A stretch of 64,000 bases of DNA, from contig JAUPSS010000001.1 of NCBI GenBank assembly GCA_040285825.1, forward strand, positions 1,922,001 to 1,986,000. The letters are read 5' to 3'. The DNA is from Eukaryota sp. TZLM1-RC (Eukaryota > Protista > Metamonada: BaSk clade). Position numbers and translations under genes: made by a program. This document shows, one piece after another, positions 35,474 through 47,935 of this stretch (position 1 is the first letter of the stretch; the number at the start of each line of letters is the position of its first letter). A model generated the notes under the pieces. It made no database searches. It worked only from the letters and a program-made list of their open reading frames with translations, and had not been told where the DNA came from.

Positions 35474-38400
35474 TCAAAAATCATCTGAATACGCCGCTGC
35501 CAGTAGTTTTTGATTTGATTGGACTTGCTGTTTTTTCAGATCAATTGCTTTTGTTAATAAATGTTTCCTTACAGATTTCTGTAATTCCTTGATGTTTTGC
35601 GTGGAAGAAGTGCCAGCAAAGCACTGCTCAAATGACACGTCACCACAAGCATCTTGATCAAATTTTCCCATCTTCCTAGCCTCAGAGAGTGCAGTATGTT
35701 GAGCTTTTGAAGATTCTAGAGCACTTCTTATTGAAGAGACAAATTCATCAACAGTTTTTGCCTTTTCTTTGATCCTATGAGACTCTTCGAGATTGAGTTT
35801 TGGAATTTTTGCAGAAATTTTGCCTTCTTGGGGAGAAGCTGATTGATCCAAATTTTCAGCTTCTTGAGCTTTACTGACATCAACATTATCGTCCAAATTT
35901 TGAGTCTCTTGAGGTGAAGCTGATTGATCCAAATTTTCAGCTTCTTGAGCTTTACTGACATCAACATTATCGTCAAAATTTTGAGTCTCTTGAGGTGAAG
36001 CTGATTGATCCAAATTTTCAGCTTCTTGATCTTTACTGACATCAACATTATCGTCCAAAATTTGAGTCTCTTGAGGAGAAGCTGATTGATCCAAATTTTC
36101 AGCTTCTTGATCTTTACTGACATCAACATTATCGTCCAAAATTTGAGTCTCTTGAGGTGAAGCTGATTGATCCAAATTATCAGCTTCTTGATCTTTACTG
36201 ACATCAACATTATCGTCCAAATTTTGAGTCGCTTGAGGAGAAGCTGATTGATCCAAATTATCAGCTTCTTGATCTTTACTGACATCAACATTATCGTCCA
36301 AATTTTGAGTCGCTTGAGGAGAAGCTGATTGATCCAAATTATCAGCTTCTTGATCTTTACTGACATCAACATTATCATCAAAATTTTGAGTCTCCTGAGG
36401 TGAAGCTGATTGATCCAAATTTTCAGCTTCTTGAGCTTTACTGACATCAACATTATCGTCCAAATTTTGAGTCTCTTGAGGTGAAGCTGATTGATCCAAA
36501 TTTTCAGCTTCTTGAGCTTTACTGACATCAACATTATCGTCCAAAATTTGAGTCTCTTGAGGAGAAGCTGATTGATCCAAATTTTCAGCTTCTTGATCTT
36601 TACTGACATCAACATTATCGTCCAAAATTTGAGTCTCTTGAGGTGAAGCTGATTGATCCAAATTATCAGCTTCTTGATCTTTACTGACATCAACATTATC
36701 GTCCAAATTTTGAGTCGCTTGAGGAGAAGCTGATTGATCCAAATTATCAGCTTCTTGATCTTTACTGACATCAACATTATCGTCCAAATTTTGAGTCGCT
36801 TGAGGAGAAGCTGATTGATCCAAATTATCAGCTTCTTGATCTTTACTGACATCAACATTATCATCAAAATTTTGAGTCTCCTGAGGTGAAGCTGATTGAT
36901 CCAAATTTTCAGCTTCTTGAGCTTTACTGACATCAACATTATCGTCCAAAATTTGAGTCTCTTGAGGAGAAGCTGATTGATCCAAATTTTCAGCTTCTTG
37001 ATCTTTACTGACATCAACATTATCGTCCAAAATTTGAGTCTCTTGAGGTGAAGCTGATTGATCCAAATTATCAGCTTCTTGATCTTTACTGACATCAACA
37101 TTATCGTCCAAATTTTGAGTCGCTTGAGGAGAAGCTGATTGATCCAAATTATCAGCTTCTTGATCTTTACTGACATCAACATTATCGTCCAAATTTTGAG
37201 TCGCTTGAGGAGAAGCTGATTGATCCAAATTATCAGCTTCTTGATCTTTACTGACATCAACATTATCGTCCAAAATTTGAGTCGCTTGAGGAGAAGCTGA
37301 TTGATCCAAATTTTCAGCTTCTTGAGCTTTACTGACATCAACATTATCGTCCAAAATTTGAGTCGCTTGAGGAGAAGCTGATTGATCCAAATTTTCAGGT
37401 TCTTGAGCTTTACTGACATCAACATTATCGTCCAAATTTTGAGTCGCTTGAGGAGAAGCTGATTGATCCAAATTTTCAGCTTCTTGAGCTTTACTGACAT
37501 CAACATTATCGTCCAAAATTTGAGTCTCTTGAGGAGAAGCTGATTGATCCAAATTTTCAGCTTCTTGATCTTTACTGACATCAACATTATCGTCCAAATT
37601 TTGAATCTCTTGAGGAGAAGCTGATTGATCCAAATTTTCAGCTTCTTGAGCTTTACTGACATCAACATTATCGTCCAAATTTTGAATCTCTTGAGGAGAA
37701 GGTGATTGATCCAAATTATCAGCTTCTTGATCTCTTCTTGTGTTGGTCTGAAATTGCAAAATTTTCAACATTTCTTGCTGCTCTCGTTTCAAGGAATTTA
37801 AATCTTGTTCAGTCATTAATTGAATTTCAATTAAATAGGAATTTAAATTCAATTGAATTAATTTGGAATAATAATCCATTGAATTCATTATTAAATTCTC
37901 GTTAATTTGAGAATTAATTTGAAACTGTTTATGATTTTCCAATTCAATTTTCCTTTTTTCAAGCTCCTTTTCCTTTTGCAATTGTTCAAAATTTTGTTGA
38001 TTTTCAAACTCAATCCTCTTTTTTTCCATTTCTTTTTCCAAATTTTCCCTTTTTAAGCTATTTAAATCCTCAACCAACATTAATTCTAATTCTTTTAAAT
38101 AAATCATGAAACTTTTTTCAATTTCTTGGCTATTTAAATCCTCAACCAACATTTTATTATTTTCCTCCAATTCTTTTTTAACTCGAACTAACTCCTTCTC
38201 CATGAACCCCAACCTGGCTCTTTCATTTGAATACTGCTCTGCTTGCTGAGATTCAAAAATTTCCCGCGCTGATAGTAGATTTAAATATTCAACTTGGCGA
38301 GAAACAAGATCAGCATTTAGCATCAACATACATTCCTTTGCTGCATTGTGATCGGCAACATCAATCAAATTTTCAGGTTTTTGATTGGCATTTTGATTGG

Positions 38401-40392
38401 AAAACTCTAAGCAGGTGGAATAAATGTCCATGTTCTCCATCATAAAAACTGCTTCTTGGCGGCACTTCTCGACTGATTGATTTTCTTCATCTCTTATTGA
38501 TTCCAATTTTTGGGAAACCAAATCACAAGCAAACATCTTCATTAATTCTTCTTGTTCAAGGGCCAAAAGTTCCAGAGATTTCTTCTCATTTATAAGCTCC
38601 TGGGCTTGGTTCACAAGCTCAAAATTCTGTGATTGCAAAATTTCATGCTTTTCGGCCAAATTTTCAAGTATTTCACAGGTTGAGCTCGACTGTCTAAACA
38701 TTTCTTGCTGCTCTCGTTTGGAGGAATATAAATCTTGTTCAGTCATTAATTGAATTTCAATTAAATAGGAATTTAAATTCAATTGAATTAATTTGGAATA
38801 ATAATCCATTGAATTCATTATTAAATTCTCGTTAATTTGAGAATTAATTTGAAACTGTTTATGATTTTCCAATTCAATTTTCCTTTTTTCAAGCTCCTTT
38901 TCCTTTTGCAATTGTTCAAAATTTTGTTGATTTTCAAACTCAATCCTCTTTTTTTCCATTTCTTTTTCCAAATTTTCCCTTTTAAGCTATTTAAATCCTC
39001 AACCAACATTAATTCTAATTCTTTTAAATAAATCATGAAACTTTTTTCAATTTCTTGGCTATTCAAATCCTCAACTAACATTTTATTATTTTCCTCCAAT
39101 TCTTTTTTAACTCGAATTAATTGCTCCTTTTTACTCTTGATTTGTCTATTCTCACCAATAACAGTGGTATTTTCATCTTCTAATTTCTGATTAATGTCCA
39201 TTATTCGCTCCAAAGTCTCAGAAAGTCCTGGGTCAAAATTAGATTGACTTTGATTGACCGTCTTGACCTTTGTTGACCAACAAAGAGCTCTACGAATTTT
39301 CATAAGCTGTGTGGACTCCATTTTTCTGTAAATATTTGGCCTCTTGGATGAATAATTTGGTCTTGGGGGTGGCGGACAAAGTTCAGTTGGCGGGCTAATT
39401 AAATTTTCAATCTGATCACGAACATGATTGATTGATTGTGATCGTGAGTGGTAATTAACTGTGTGGGAAGGTGACTGGGAAGATGATCGTGACCTTTCCA
39501 CCGAAGATGATCCCGTTCTTGACCGGCGACCATATGATGATTGACGAAATGATTGATAACCACCTTCCCTTTCTGGAGATGGTGACCTGTGCCTCGCTGG
39601 CAGTGACACTCTTCTTGTTTTTGGTCTAATTGAGTAAACATAAGGGCTTTTAGCTCGCGAGTTGGTTTTCTTCATTTTTTTAAAAGCTTGTTGTTTTTGA
39701 ATTTGACGACAATTACACTTGGTACTCTTCGCCAAGGCCATTCTATTCTTCATTTCATCATAAAAATCATCACAATCAATCAAAAAAGATGTAAACGTCA
39801 CCGCATGCTGATATGACGTGACTGCTGACGTGTGCTGATGCAGAAACTCTTGTTCGACTGCCAGATTATGATAAGTTACTGCTAAGGTTTGAAGTGTGCC
39901 TCCAATATCACTATCTTTTAATGCTCTAATACTTGGATCTTCATCCACAGAATCGAGAAATTCTTCCACGTCGCTTCTATTTCGGAGCAATCTCAACGCT
40001 TCTTTTGCTTGCTGAATGGCCTTCTTATGCTCATCCATCTCTGAATAGACAGAACAAAGGTTGAGGAGAGTCCCAGCAGGATTGGAAGCTGCTGGGCCAA
40101 GGAGACGTTCAATGGAAATGGCAGCGTTGAGGTAAGAGACAGAGCGTGGGTAGTCTTGGGCTCTTTTGTAGAAACAGCCTAGGTTGTTGAGGGTTACTGC
40201 TTTCATTCGGAATCGAGAAATCCCACCAGTTGATGAAACAAGAGAAGTATAGTCATGAGAAGAGATAATGTGGTCGTCCTGCTCTTCTGAACACAGTTTT
40301 AAGGCTTCATTTAGTAGACGAAAGGATTGATCAAAGTGATCCTGCTTTAGAAGAAGCATTGCTTCATCATTTAGTTTACCCACATTATCCAT
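35474..40392 (-). CDS. Large TPR + RS-rich + coiled-coil + 27-aa tandem-repeat protein (one gene split by a 1-bp frameshift at ~38980)
   Basis: TPR motifs AVTLNNLGCFY, TLLNLCSVYS and LAVTYHNLAVEQE. ORFs 38821-40392 and 35474-38971 overlap, and an internal duplicate of the junction at 38041-38060 has the extra base. Confidence 0.8.
35828..37735 (-). repeat. Coding minisatellite, 81-bp unit, ~23.5 copies
   Basis: Unit encodes QEAENLDQSASPQETQILDDNVDVSKA; period of 81 nt read directly. Confidence 0.97.
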
Positions 40393-40579
40393 AAGTATTA
40401 ATATTGATTGAAAAAGTGGAGAAGATGGAAGTCAGGATGAGAGATTGGAATCGATAGACTTGTTGGCAAAGTGAAATCCATTTATTACACCATTTTCTTG
40501 AACAATATCCATTTCAATCTTTGCATCCATCACTTCTGTACAAAAATACAATATTTATTGAACTTACACACTTAATTAA

Positions 40580-41375
40580 ATTAATTTATAACTAATGGGA
40601 CGACTAACATTGAACCAAGATTTCCTCCACAAAATCTTGATCTGCTTGCTGTCTAGCTAAGGCTTCTCCTATTCGATTGAAAAACCGAGGTAATCTATTA
40701 ATAATGGCAAATTGAATTCGAGAACACCATAAAAAAATATCAAATCTTTTCATTCTTAAACCATTATTTGGAAGTCATTCAAAAAAGTTTCTGCTTCATC
40801 TGATAATCTTCCATTTATCGAAAATGGGAAAGCAATAAGAACTATCTGTGTATTTCTATCAGCATTAGCCTCTTCAATATCTTTATCATATTTTCTATGT
40901 TTTTCTTTTGCTTTAAAATCAAGCGCACTCACAGGATTAAGTTTTCTTCTGTGGACCAAAGTATCTTTTGCAACATTACATAAGACAAAGTCAAAAACAG
41001 CTTCAGAGTTCTCGATCCAATCACAGTATACATCACCTCTATTTCAGAACCAAAATTATTCAGAGAAAGTGTTTCCTTCAGCAGAGGCTCTTTGATACAC
41101 GATATTCTTGCAGTTTGTGTCATATTGACAACAATGTCTCTAACAGCATCATGTAATGAAGAACGATAAGTTATCAATTTAGAGCAATTCAGAGCATGGC
41201 GCAAAATGAGTTGAGGTGAATTCGAACAAATACATGTTTCTTTTTATAATAATTGATTAATGGGGATATTCAAATATAATCTCACTTTTGTTACAAATGC
41301 TTCATTAGTGGCACACAATACAAATGATCGTGGTACAATGGTTACAAAAAGTGACACTAGGAACCAAGAATTAAT
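40580..41375 (-). mobile_element. 5'-truncated REL family D copy
   Basis: CICSN..HALNC..YRSSLHDAVRD, KEPLL, DFVLCNV, KHRKY, AFPFSINGRL and VVPLV. Confidence 0.88.
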
Positions 41376-41429
41376 ATCAGAAAATGCAATACTCAATCAA
41401 GATAAAAAAGAAAATGCTGCTATTAAATG

Positions 41430-42900
41430 GTTTTATTCAACAACAAATATGAAAACATAGAAAATACATTTAAAACTCCACATCCTCAAAACCTGCCTCC
41501 CCTACATCAACACAATTAATTGCCAAAGATTCGGAAAATTTCCCAAAAGAAGAAAGTGAATCAGAAATTAGTTTCTTCATTCCCTTAAAAATAGACAATA
41601 CAATCCTGTCTTGCCAGTAAACACGATTGAAAATCCTTCCAGTTCTTTTCTTTACAACCACAACAAAATCGTCAAGGAAAGCCAAAGCAGCCTTACCTAA
41701 GGATCCAAGCAGAGAAAAAACAAAGGGACATAAAGTATATTAAATTTTCATTAACTGAGGAAATGGGTTTCGCATACTTAGCAATTTTATATTTTTCGCC
41801 TGCAAGAAGAGGATTATTTACATCCGAGTTAATGAGATGTTCGTTAGAGGAATTACAAGGCTCAATAGACATGGCGTCTAAAATAGTAAAACTACCATTT
41901 TAAACCGGGAACAACTAGATCACCTCTTGTTAGACCCATAGAACCTCTGATGTAACACGTATTATCAATATTGGGGTCATCAAGAATTAATTTTGATAAC
42001 AACGGCTCTAAAAAGGAATCTACTCGATATGATTTGCACATTACATAAATTTGGTCCCTGACGTTATTATGCACTTTGCTTCTAAATGTAATGAAATGTT
42101 TACAGTTCAAAAGATGAGTAAACAAAAGAGGCTTACCACACTTACAAGTTAAATGATTCGACAAATTGTTTGGCCACAGAAAACAACGAAAACGCATGTT
42201 TAAAAGCCATTCATTGTTTTTTAACAAAAGTCCATAAACTAAGGGAATTTGAGTTACTAAAGCAGCAGCAGAGCTATGACAAATATCCTTTAAAAAATTA
42301 CCGAAAGCGGGATTTTTAGTTTTGGCCAAGCCAAGTCTTACTTCATAATCCAATCCTTATATTATTTAGCCAGGTGGTGCTGAAGCTTTTTCAAGCAAAA
42401 ACGTAAATATGGAAGTGATCGGGTGGAAATTTCTTGAACATTTTGAGGAAAACACTGAATCCAGATATAACTAGGCAAATTATTTAATTCAATTTGAAGT
42501 TAATTCAAATAAAATTTTGATTCACCATGGATCAGATGAACACCATAAGCTAACCTTTGGAAAAATTCAAAAATGGAATTTTTTCCACCTCCTTAAAAAG
42601 CTGCTTTACATAAAATCGAAGATTTCGTGAAACAAATTCCAACCAATTCAGCAGAACAAAACACAAGGCTTCGAATTAAAGATTCATTTACCTCCAATAA
42701 TGAAGAAAAAAATTTGAGGTCGAAGTTTGTTGAAAGATCTACAAAAATCAAGAGATACTGAAGGAGGAGTTGACCTTAAAATATGAGTGAATTTTCCAGA
42801 ATAACAAATTTTTAATATAAAAAATTTGATGTGTTTTTCAATATCAAATTCAGCAATAAAACTAAGATCCTGGTCAAAATTCTCCAATAAATTGTTCAAC
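41430..42900 (-). mobile_element. 5'-truncated REL family A copy
   Basis: DIEKHIKFF, CKCGK..HLLNC..HNNVRD, EPLL, RGDLVV and FEDVEF*. Confidence 0.88.
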
Positions 42901-42904
42901 TGCT

Positions 42905-44110
42905 AAATGCTGCTATTGCATTTAATTCTGTACTTCCAAATCTGCTATCTAGTGGTAAACTGAGTGACCAACGTTTAGTTTTCAAAGGAAAGACTTACAA
43001 TTATTCAAAGACCCATTTTATCACTCTTTTCTATTTATTTTGATATGTATTTGTCTTAACAATTTGTAGATTCAGAGGAGCATGAGTACGATCTAAGCGA
43101 AGATTTGCAGGCCACTGATGAAACTTTTAAAATTGTTTTGAATTATTGGTATGGGCAAAAAGTCATTTTGAATGTTGATAATTGTTATGAAATAATGTTT
43201 TGTGCAAGATTTCTCAAAATTCCATGTTTGTATGAAAATTGTTTTAAAAAAATTCAAGATAATATTAATATATCTGGTTTTATTATCCCTTGACTCATCA
43301 AAGCAGAAGAGCGTGGTGATCACCACTTTTTCAGGGACCTTACAGGACAAGCAGAAGGTGATATTTCTGCCTGTTTGAAGAAATTATTACCCAATATGCA
43401 TGATTTTAAATCCTTATCACCTATGAATCTAATTGAAGAAGTCTTGCGGTTCTTAGTTACCACACAATATTACAATTCCATTTTTATTGAATGGTTGGTC
43501 AGTTCACTAGTGAAGTTTGGTTGTTGATAAGTTGGTTGAGTACAAGGAGCTTGAAGTTATCATTTCTGTGTTTTTTGTCAAAAAAGTTCTGCCTTCGTGT
43601 AATTTGTGTTTTTGTGGAAAGTAAGAACAAGTGGTCTTGTAGCGTCGATTATAATTACTCTGTGTTCTTCCTCACAATTGGGAAAACAGGCCATGGCAAC
43701 AAGGGAAATTTTTTGTTTCCAATTAAAAGGAAATTCTTTACTGGTTTTGTCCAAAATAATTGGTTAAACTAATATCAAGTGTCAAATTAAAATGTTCTGC
43801 CTACAACAATGCGTTGCATAAACAAAACCAACAACATTTAAGAACGAATATTCTGTTTTGTGGTAGACGGAGTGAAAGAGTACAGTTGTTTCTCCTCTGA
43901 TAATACAGCAAGAAGTCGATAATTCCGAAGCTTCACCCTGAAGAAGAATACACTTGATAACCCAATATTTTTTATGTGTAAACACCTCATTCAATAAATT
44001 CTACCGATTTTCTCGAGTTTTCCAGTGTTCTGGGTGGTAATTCGTCTACTTTATTTGGAAAAGCATCAACTCCAAATGTCAGGAAGCAATCACTCATGAT
44101 CATTTGATAG
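42905..44110 (+). pseudogene. Degraded BTB/POZ-domain gene
   Basis: TDETFKIVLNYWYGQKVILNVDNCYEIMFCARFLKIPCL is BTB-like; multiple stops. The 3' extent is uncertain. Confidence 0.6.
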
Positions 44111-44148
44111 TTTTCTTGAATAATTATTTAATTATTATTTGAATAATT

Positions 44149-44390
44149 AACTTTTGAGACCGATCTACAAAAACCGTAGTAGCATTTGCAAGATCCACTT
44201 AGATACCTCAAGTCGCGAGGCTATGTTCTGTGAAAGCAGTAGGTGTATTTAAGTGAGGTAGCCCATTGATGAAAATCATGATTGTCTTTGTCAAATGATG
44301 CTACATGTCTCTTACAGCCTGTGAGTAGACATTGACAAAATTGAAAACAGGAGTGAATTTCATAAGGGAATGCATGATAAGTGAAATTCA
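44149..44390 (+). ncRNA. Orphan copy of the putative Fanzor omegaRNA scaffold
   Basis: About 92% identical (17 mismatches in 223 nt, plus a 19-nt indel) to 58651-58873. Multi-helix fold with GCGA and two GAAA tetraloops and a terminal hairpin. Confidence 0.7.
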
Positions 44391-44443
44391 CAGTATAGAA
44401 CATTGTACATACCAAGACATACTTCATCCCCCTGCATTTCCCC

Positions 44444-44977
44444 ATGACACCCCCACCACCTCCATTTGGACCATCTCGTCGTCGTATAGTCAATGGTGGT
44501 GAGTACTCCCCTTATGATTTACCTTCCAACTCTCCCCCACTCCAGGAGGGTGAAGGCATACCGATACCAGCAGCTATTATGTCAATGTTTTTTGAGGAAA
44601 TGCTTGAAAGTGGAGTTGACCTTCCTTTTCAGTTTTCCATTGCAAGTTCAGATGACTCTGGTCCTGGCAGGCCCATTAGTGGAAGACTGCTAGCTGCTAT
44701 TTTATCAGGCAGAGAACTAGACGACACTATGTATGAAGACCTGCTAGAACTCGACGAGGATAAGGCCATTGTCCCTGTCAATCTAGACGACTTTGATGTT
44801 GAAAAATGCACTCTAGATGATAATTTTGAATGTACAATTTGTTATGGGAGCTTTAAGCCCAGGGAGTCTGTTGCGAGATTGAGATGTCAACATGATTATT
44901 GTCTTTGTTGCACAGAAAGTTTCTTGTCATGTAAGTCACGATGTCCGATATGTTTGACAGAGGTAGCTTTGAAATAA
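44444..44977 (+). CDS. RING-finger E3 ubiquitin ligase-like protein
   Basis: YEDLLELDE followed by CTIC..LRCQHDYCLCC..CPIC. Confidence 0.85.
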   Translation: MTPPPPPFGPSRRRIVNGGEYSPYDLPSNSPPLQEGEGIPIPAAIMSMFFEEMLESGVDLPFQFSIASSDDSGPGRPISGRLLAAILSGRELDDTMYEDLLELDEDKAIVPVNLDDFDVEKCTLDDNFECTICYGSFKPRESVARLRCQHDYCLCCTESFLSCKSRCPICLTEVALK

Positions 44978-45549
44978 AAACAATTTCCATACAGCTTCTC
45001 ATTACTATAAGTCATAGCTTTCTGAATTTATACAATTATTTTTAATAAACAATCAAGCATTTGTTTTTAGCTTTTGATTTGTCTTTTTCTGTATCACCAA
45101 ATTGAACATTTGATATTTTTGAGCACATTCGAGTGAGGAAAACGAATCTGCTTTTGAAGATGAAGTAAAACCTAAAACAATGTTGAATTATTAATTTGTA
45201 ATCTTTGAAATAGAAATAATGATTAATACAACCCATATGAATGAAAATGATTTATCCTTGGAATTTATTTAGTTCATGTATATTTTCAAGTCATTATGTT
45301 AGCTGTGGCTAAACGTGACTTTCCCCTTTAGGAAAGTGGATCACGTCATCATGAGTTTAAATTGCAGTTTGTTTTTATTTTCTTATATTCTGTCCATAAA
45401 CTTCTGTTTTTGTTTTTGTTTAGTGCACGAAAAGCAACAATTACTCAGAACAATTCGACAATGGCTATTTTAATTATAGCTGTATCAACAAAAAAACTTT
45501 TATTCCATTTGTATTTTTCAAAAAAAGGAAGTTAAATAGTACAATTTGT

Positions 45550-46260
45550 AACCACAGCTTGTTAGATTAATAACAACCATTCATCAAGTTTATGGAGCTT
45601 TCTTAACTGATTCTGACTGGATTTTGAATATGAGACCTCGTTCCTTTATCTGGCCTGATAATTGATTTCATAATTTAACATGCAAATGTAGTTGAACAAT
45701 TACAATCACCCATTTGTTTAAATTGTAAACATTTTATTACCTTCAGAAGCAAGATTCATGAGGCTGTAAGGGACCAATTATAATGTTGTGCCCTCATTTG
45801 ATGATGTCTTGAATGTTGTTGATGTCGTTACAGTGGATGTTTGCAAGAAAAATGCCTTGAAAAATGCACGATCTGAATTATCCTTCCTTGATGATTCAAA
45901 ATTGTACAAAATGAAAAAATTTGCAAATCCTTTAAAAGAATTGAAACATGTTCGCCATGTAGATTACCAAATTTGCCCATTTGCCGTATCGTTGTATGGT
46001 TGTTATGGAAAAACTGCTATCAATTTTATTCATGATTTTGAAAAACTTGTAAAAAGAAGAATGAATAAGCGTTTTGATCGTCGCTTGTGGCTAAATCGTA
46101 TTGTTTTTACTATTTTCAAATCAATTCCTAAAATGATTTCGAAAGCTTTAATGTCTGTCAGTGCACATTACGAAGACATTGCTGCTGTAAGGTTTGATGG
46201 TGTGGAAGCTTGTTTTGACGATATTGATTTTTAGACTGTGGTTTTGAAAATAAATAAAAA
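45550..46260 (+). mobile_element. Chimeric REL fragment (family B-like 5' part, family C 3' part)
   Basis: ITTIHQVYG..FIWPD (B-like) joined at ~45785 to VVDVVTVDVCK..PFAVSLYG..ACFDDIDF* (C-like). Confidence 0.8.
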
Positions 46261-46379
46261 AACGTTTAAAAAACTGGTTTTGCATAAATGAAGAAATTTC
46301 AGAAATTGAGGTGGAAAAATGGAGTCCATGGTATCCTCAATCATTCAATGGTAATATTCCTGAAAAGAATCAGATTCTT

Positions 46380-47185
46380 CACTGTTTGTGACCATTGTAT
46401 CAAGCAGATTCGGACTGTGTGCTACTAATGGAGCGTTTGTAACAAAAATGAGATTATTTTTGAATATCACCATTAATCAATTATTATCAAAAGAAAAATG
46501 TATTTGTTCGAATTCACCACAGCTCACTTTGCGTTATGCTCTGAATTGTTCGAAATTGATAACTTATCGTTCTTCATTACATGATGCTGTTAGAGACAGT
46601 TTTTAATATGGCACAAACTGCAAGAATATCGTGTATCAAAGAGCCTCTGCTGAAAGAAGCACTGTCATTAAATAATTTTAGTTCTGATGATAGAGGTGAT
46701 GTATACTGTGATTGGATTGAGAAACCTGAAGCTGTTGTTGACTTTGTCTCCTGTAATGTTGCAAACGACTTTTTGGTTCAAAGAAGATAACTTAATCCTA
46801 TAAGCGCTCTTCAGTTTAAAGCTAAAGAAAAACATAGAAAAAACGACAAAGATATCGAAGAAGCTAATGCTGATAGAAATAGACTACTTGTTTTTATTGC
46901 TTTCAAATTTTCGATAAACGGAAGACTATCAGTAGAAGCAGGAACTTTTTTGAATGATTTCCAAAAAATGGTTCAAGAAAAAACAAAGAAAAGATTTGAT
47001 ATCTATTTATGGCGCGCTTGAATTCAATTTGGCATTACTAATAGATTACCTCGGCTTTTCAATTGGACTAGAGAAACTTTAGCTAGACAGCCAGCAGATC
47101 AAGATTTTGTGAAGGAAATCTTGATTCAATGAATTTCATCCCATTAGTTATGAGCTTATTTTGTTAAGTGTAAAAGTTCAATAAA
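46380..47185 (+). mobile_element. 5'-truncated REL family D copy
   Basis: Close homologue of 40580-41375, including RGDVYCDW. Confidence 0.88.
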
Positions 47186-47324
47186 TTATTTAAATTATAT
47201 AACAACAAGGAAGTATAAAGTTGTAAGACATTGTGGGCTTAGGACAATACCAAAATTAACTTTTCTATCGTTTATTAGGGGAAAACAAAATTTTCTTGAA
47301 CTACAACACTACAACAACTATTAA

Positions 47325-47900
47325 AAGTAAATCAAAACTAATGGGACTAAATTCAATCAACCAAGATTTCCTCTAAAAAATCCTGATCTGCTTGTTTTCT
47401 CGCCGTTGATTCTTATCCGATAAAAGAACCGAGGTAATTTATTAATTATAGCAGATTGAATTCGTGACCGCCACAAAAAGACATCAAATCTTTTCATTGA
47501 CTTTTTGAACCATTTTTTGGAAATCATTCAAAAAAACAATCCTGCTTCCACTGATAGTCTTCCGTTTATAGAAAAATGGAAAAACAATAAAAACAAGTGG
47601 TCTGTTTGTATCAGCATTAGGTTCTCCGATATCTTTGTCATATTTGCTCATTCGCTTTAAAATCAAGAACCTGAACATGAGTAAGTTTCGTTCTTTGGAC
47701 CAAAGAGTCATGTTAAACATTACAGCAAACAAACTCAACAACAACTTCAATGTTATCAATCCAATCACAGTCATCATCACCTCTATCATCAGAACTAAAC
47801 TTCTTTAATAACACTGTTTCTTTCAGCAAAGGCTTCTTAATACGCTAGATTTTTGCATTTCCTGCCATAATAGAAACAGTGTCCCTGACAGCATCATGCT
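47325..47900 (-). mobile_element. REL family D copy, inverted relative to the preceding one
   Basis: HDAVRD, KPLL, RGD, KYDKDI and DQDF motifs. Confidence 0.85.
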
Positions 47901-47935
47901 TTAAATCTAATCTTATTTAATCCAATTTATACACT

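Noticed and set aside
35728-37668. 646-aa alternative-frame ORF (MLMSVK..WINQ repeats)
   Set aside because: A by-product of a stop-free 81-bp repeat overlapping the real frame.
35828-37735. CRISPR-like array
   Set aside because: Contiguous units without unique spacers, in-frame coding, and a eukaryotic context.
44262-44300. Hammerhead ribozyme core in the scaffold
   Set aside because: Reads TTGATGA rather than CTGATGA, and GAAA caps a hairpin instead of completing the core.
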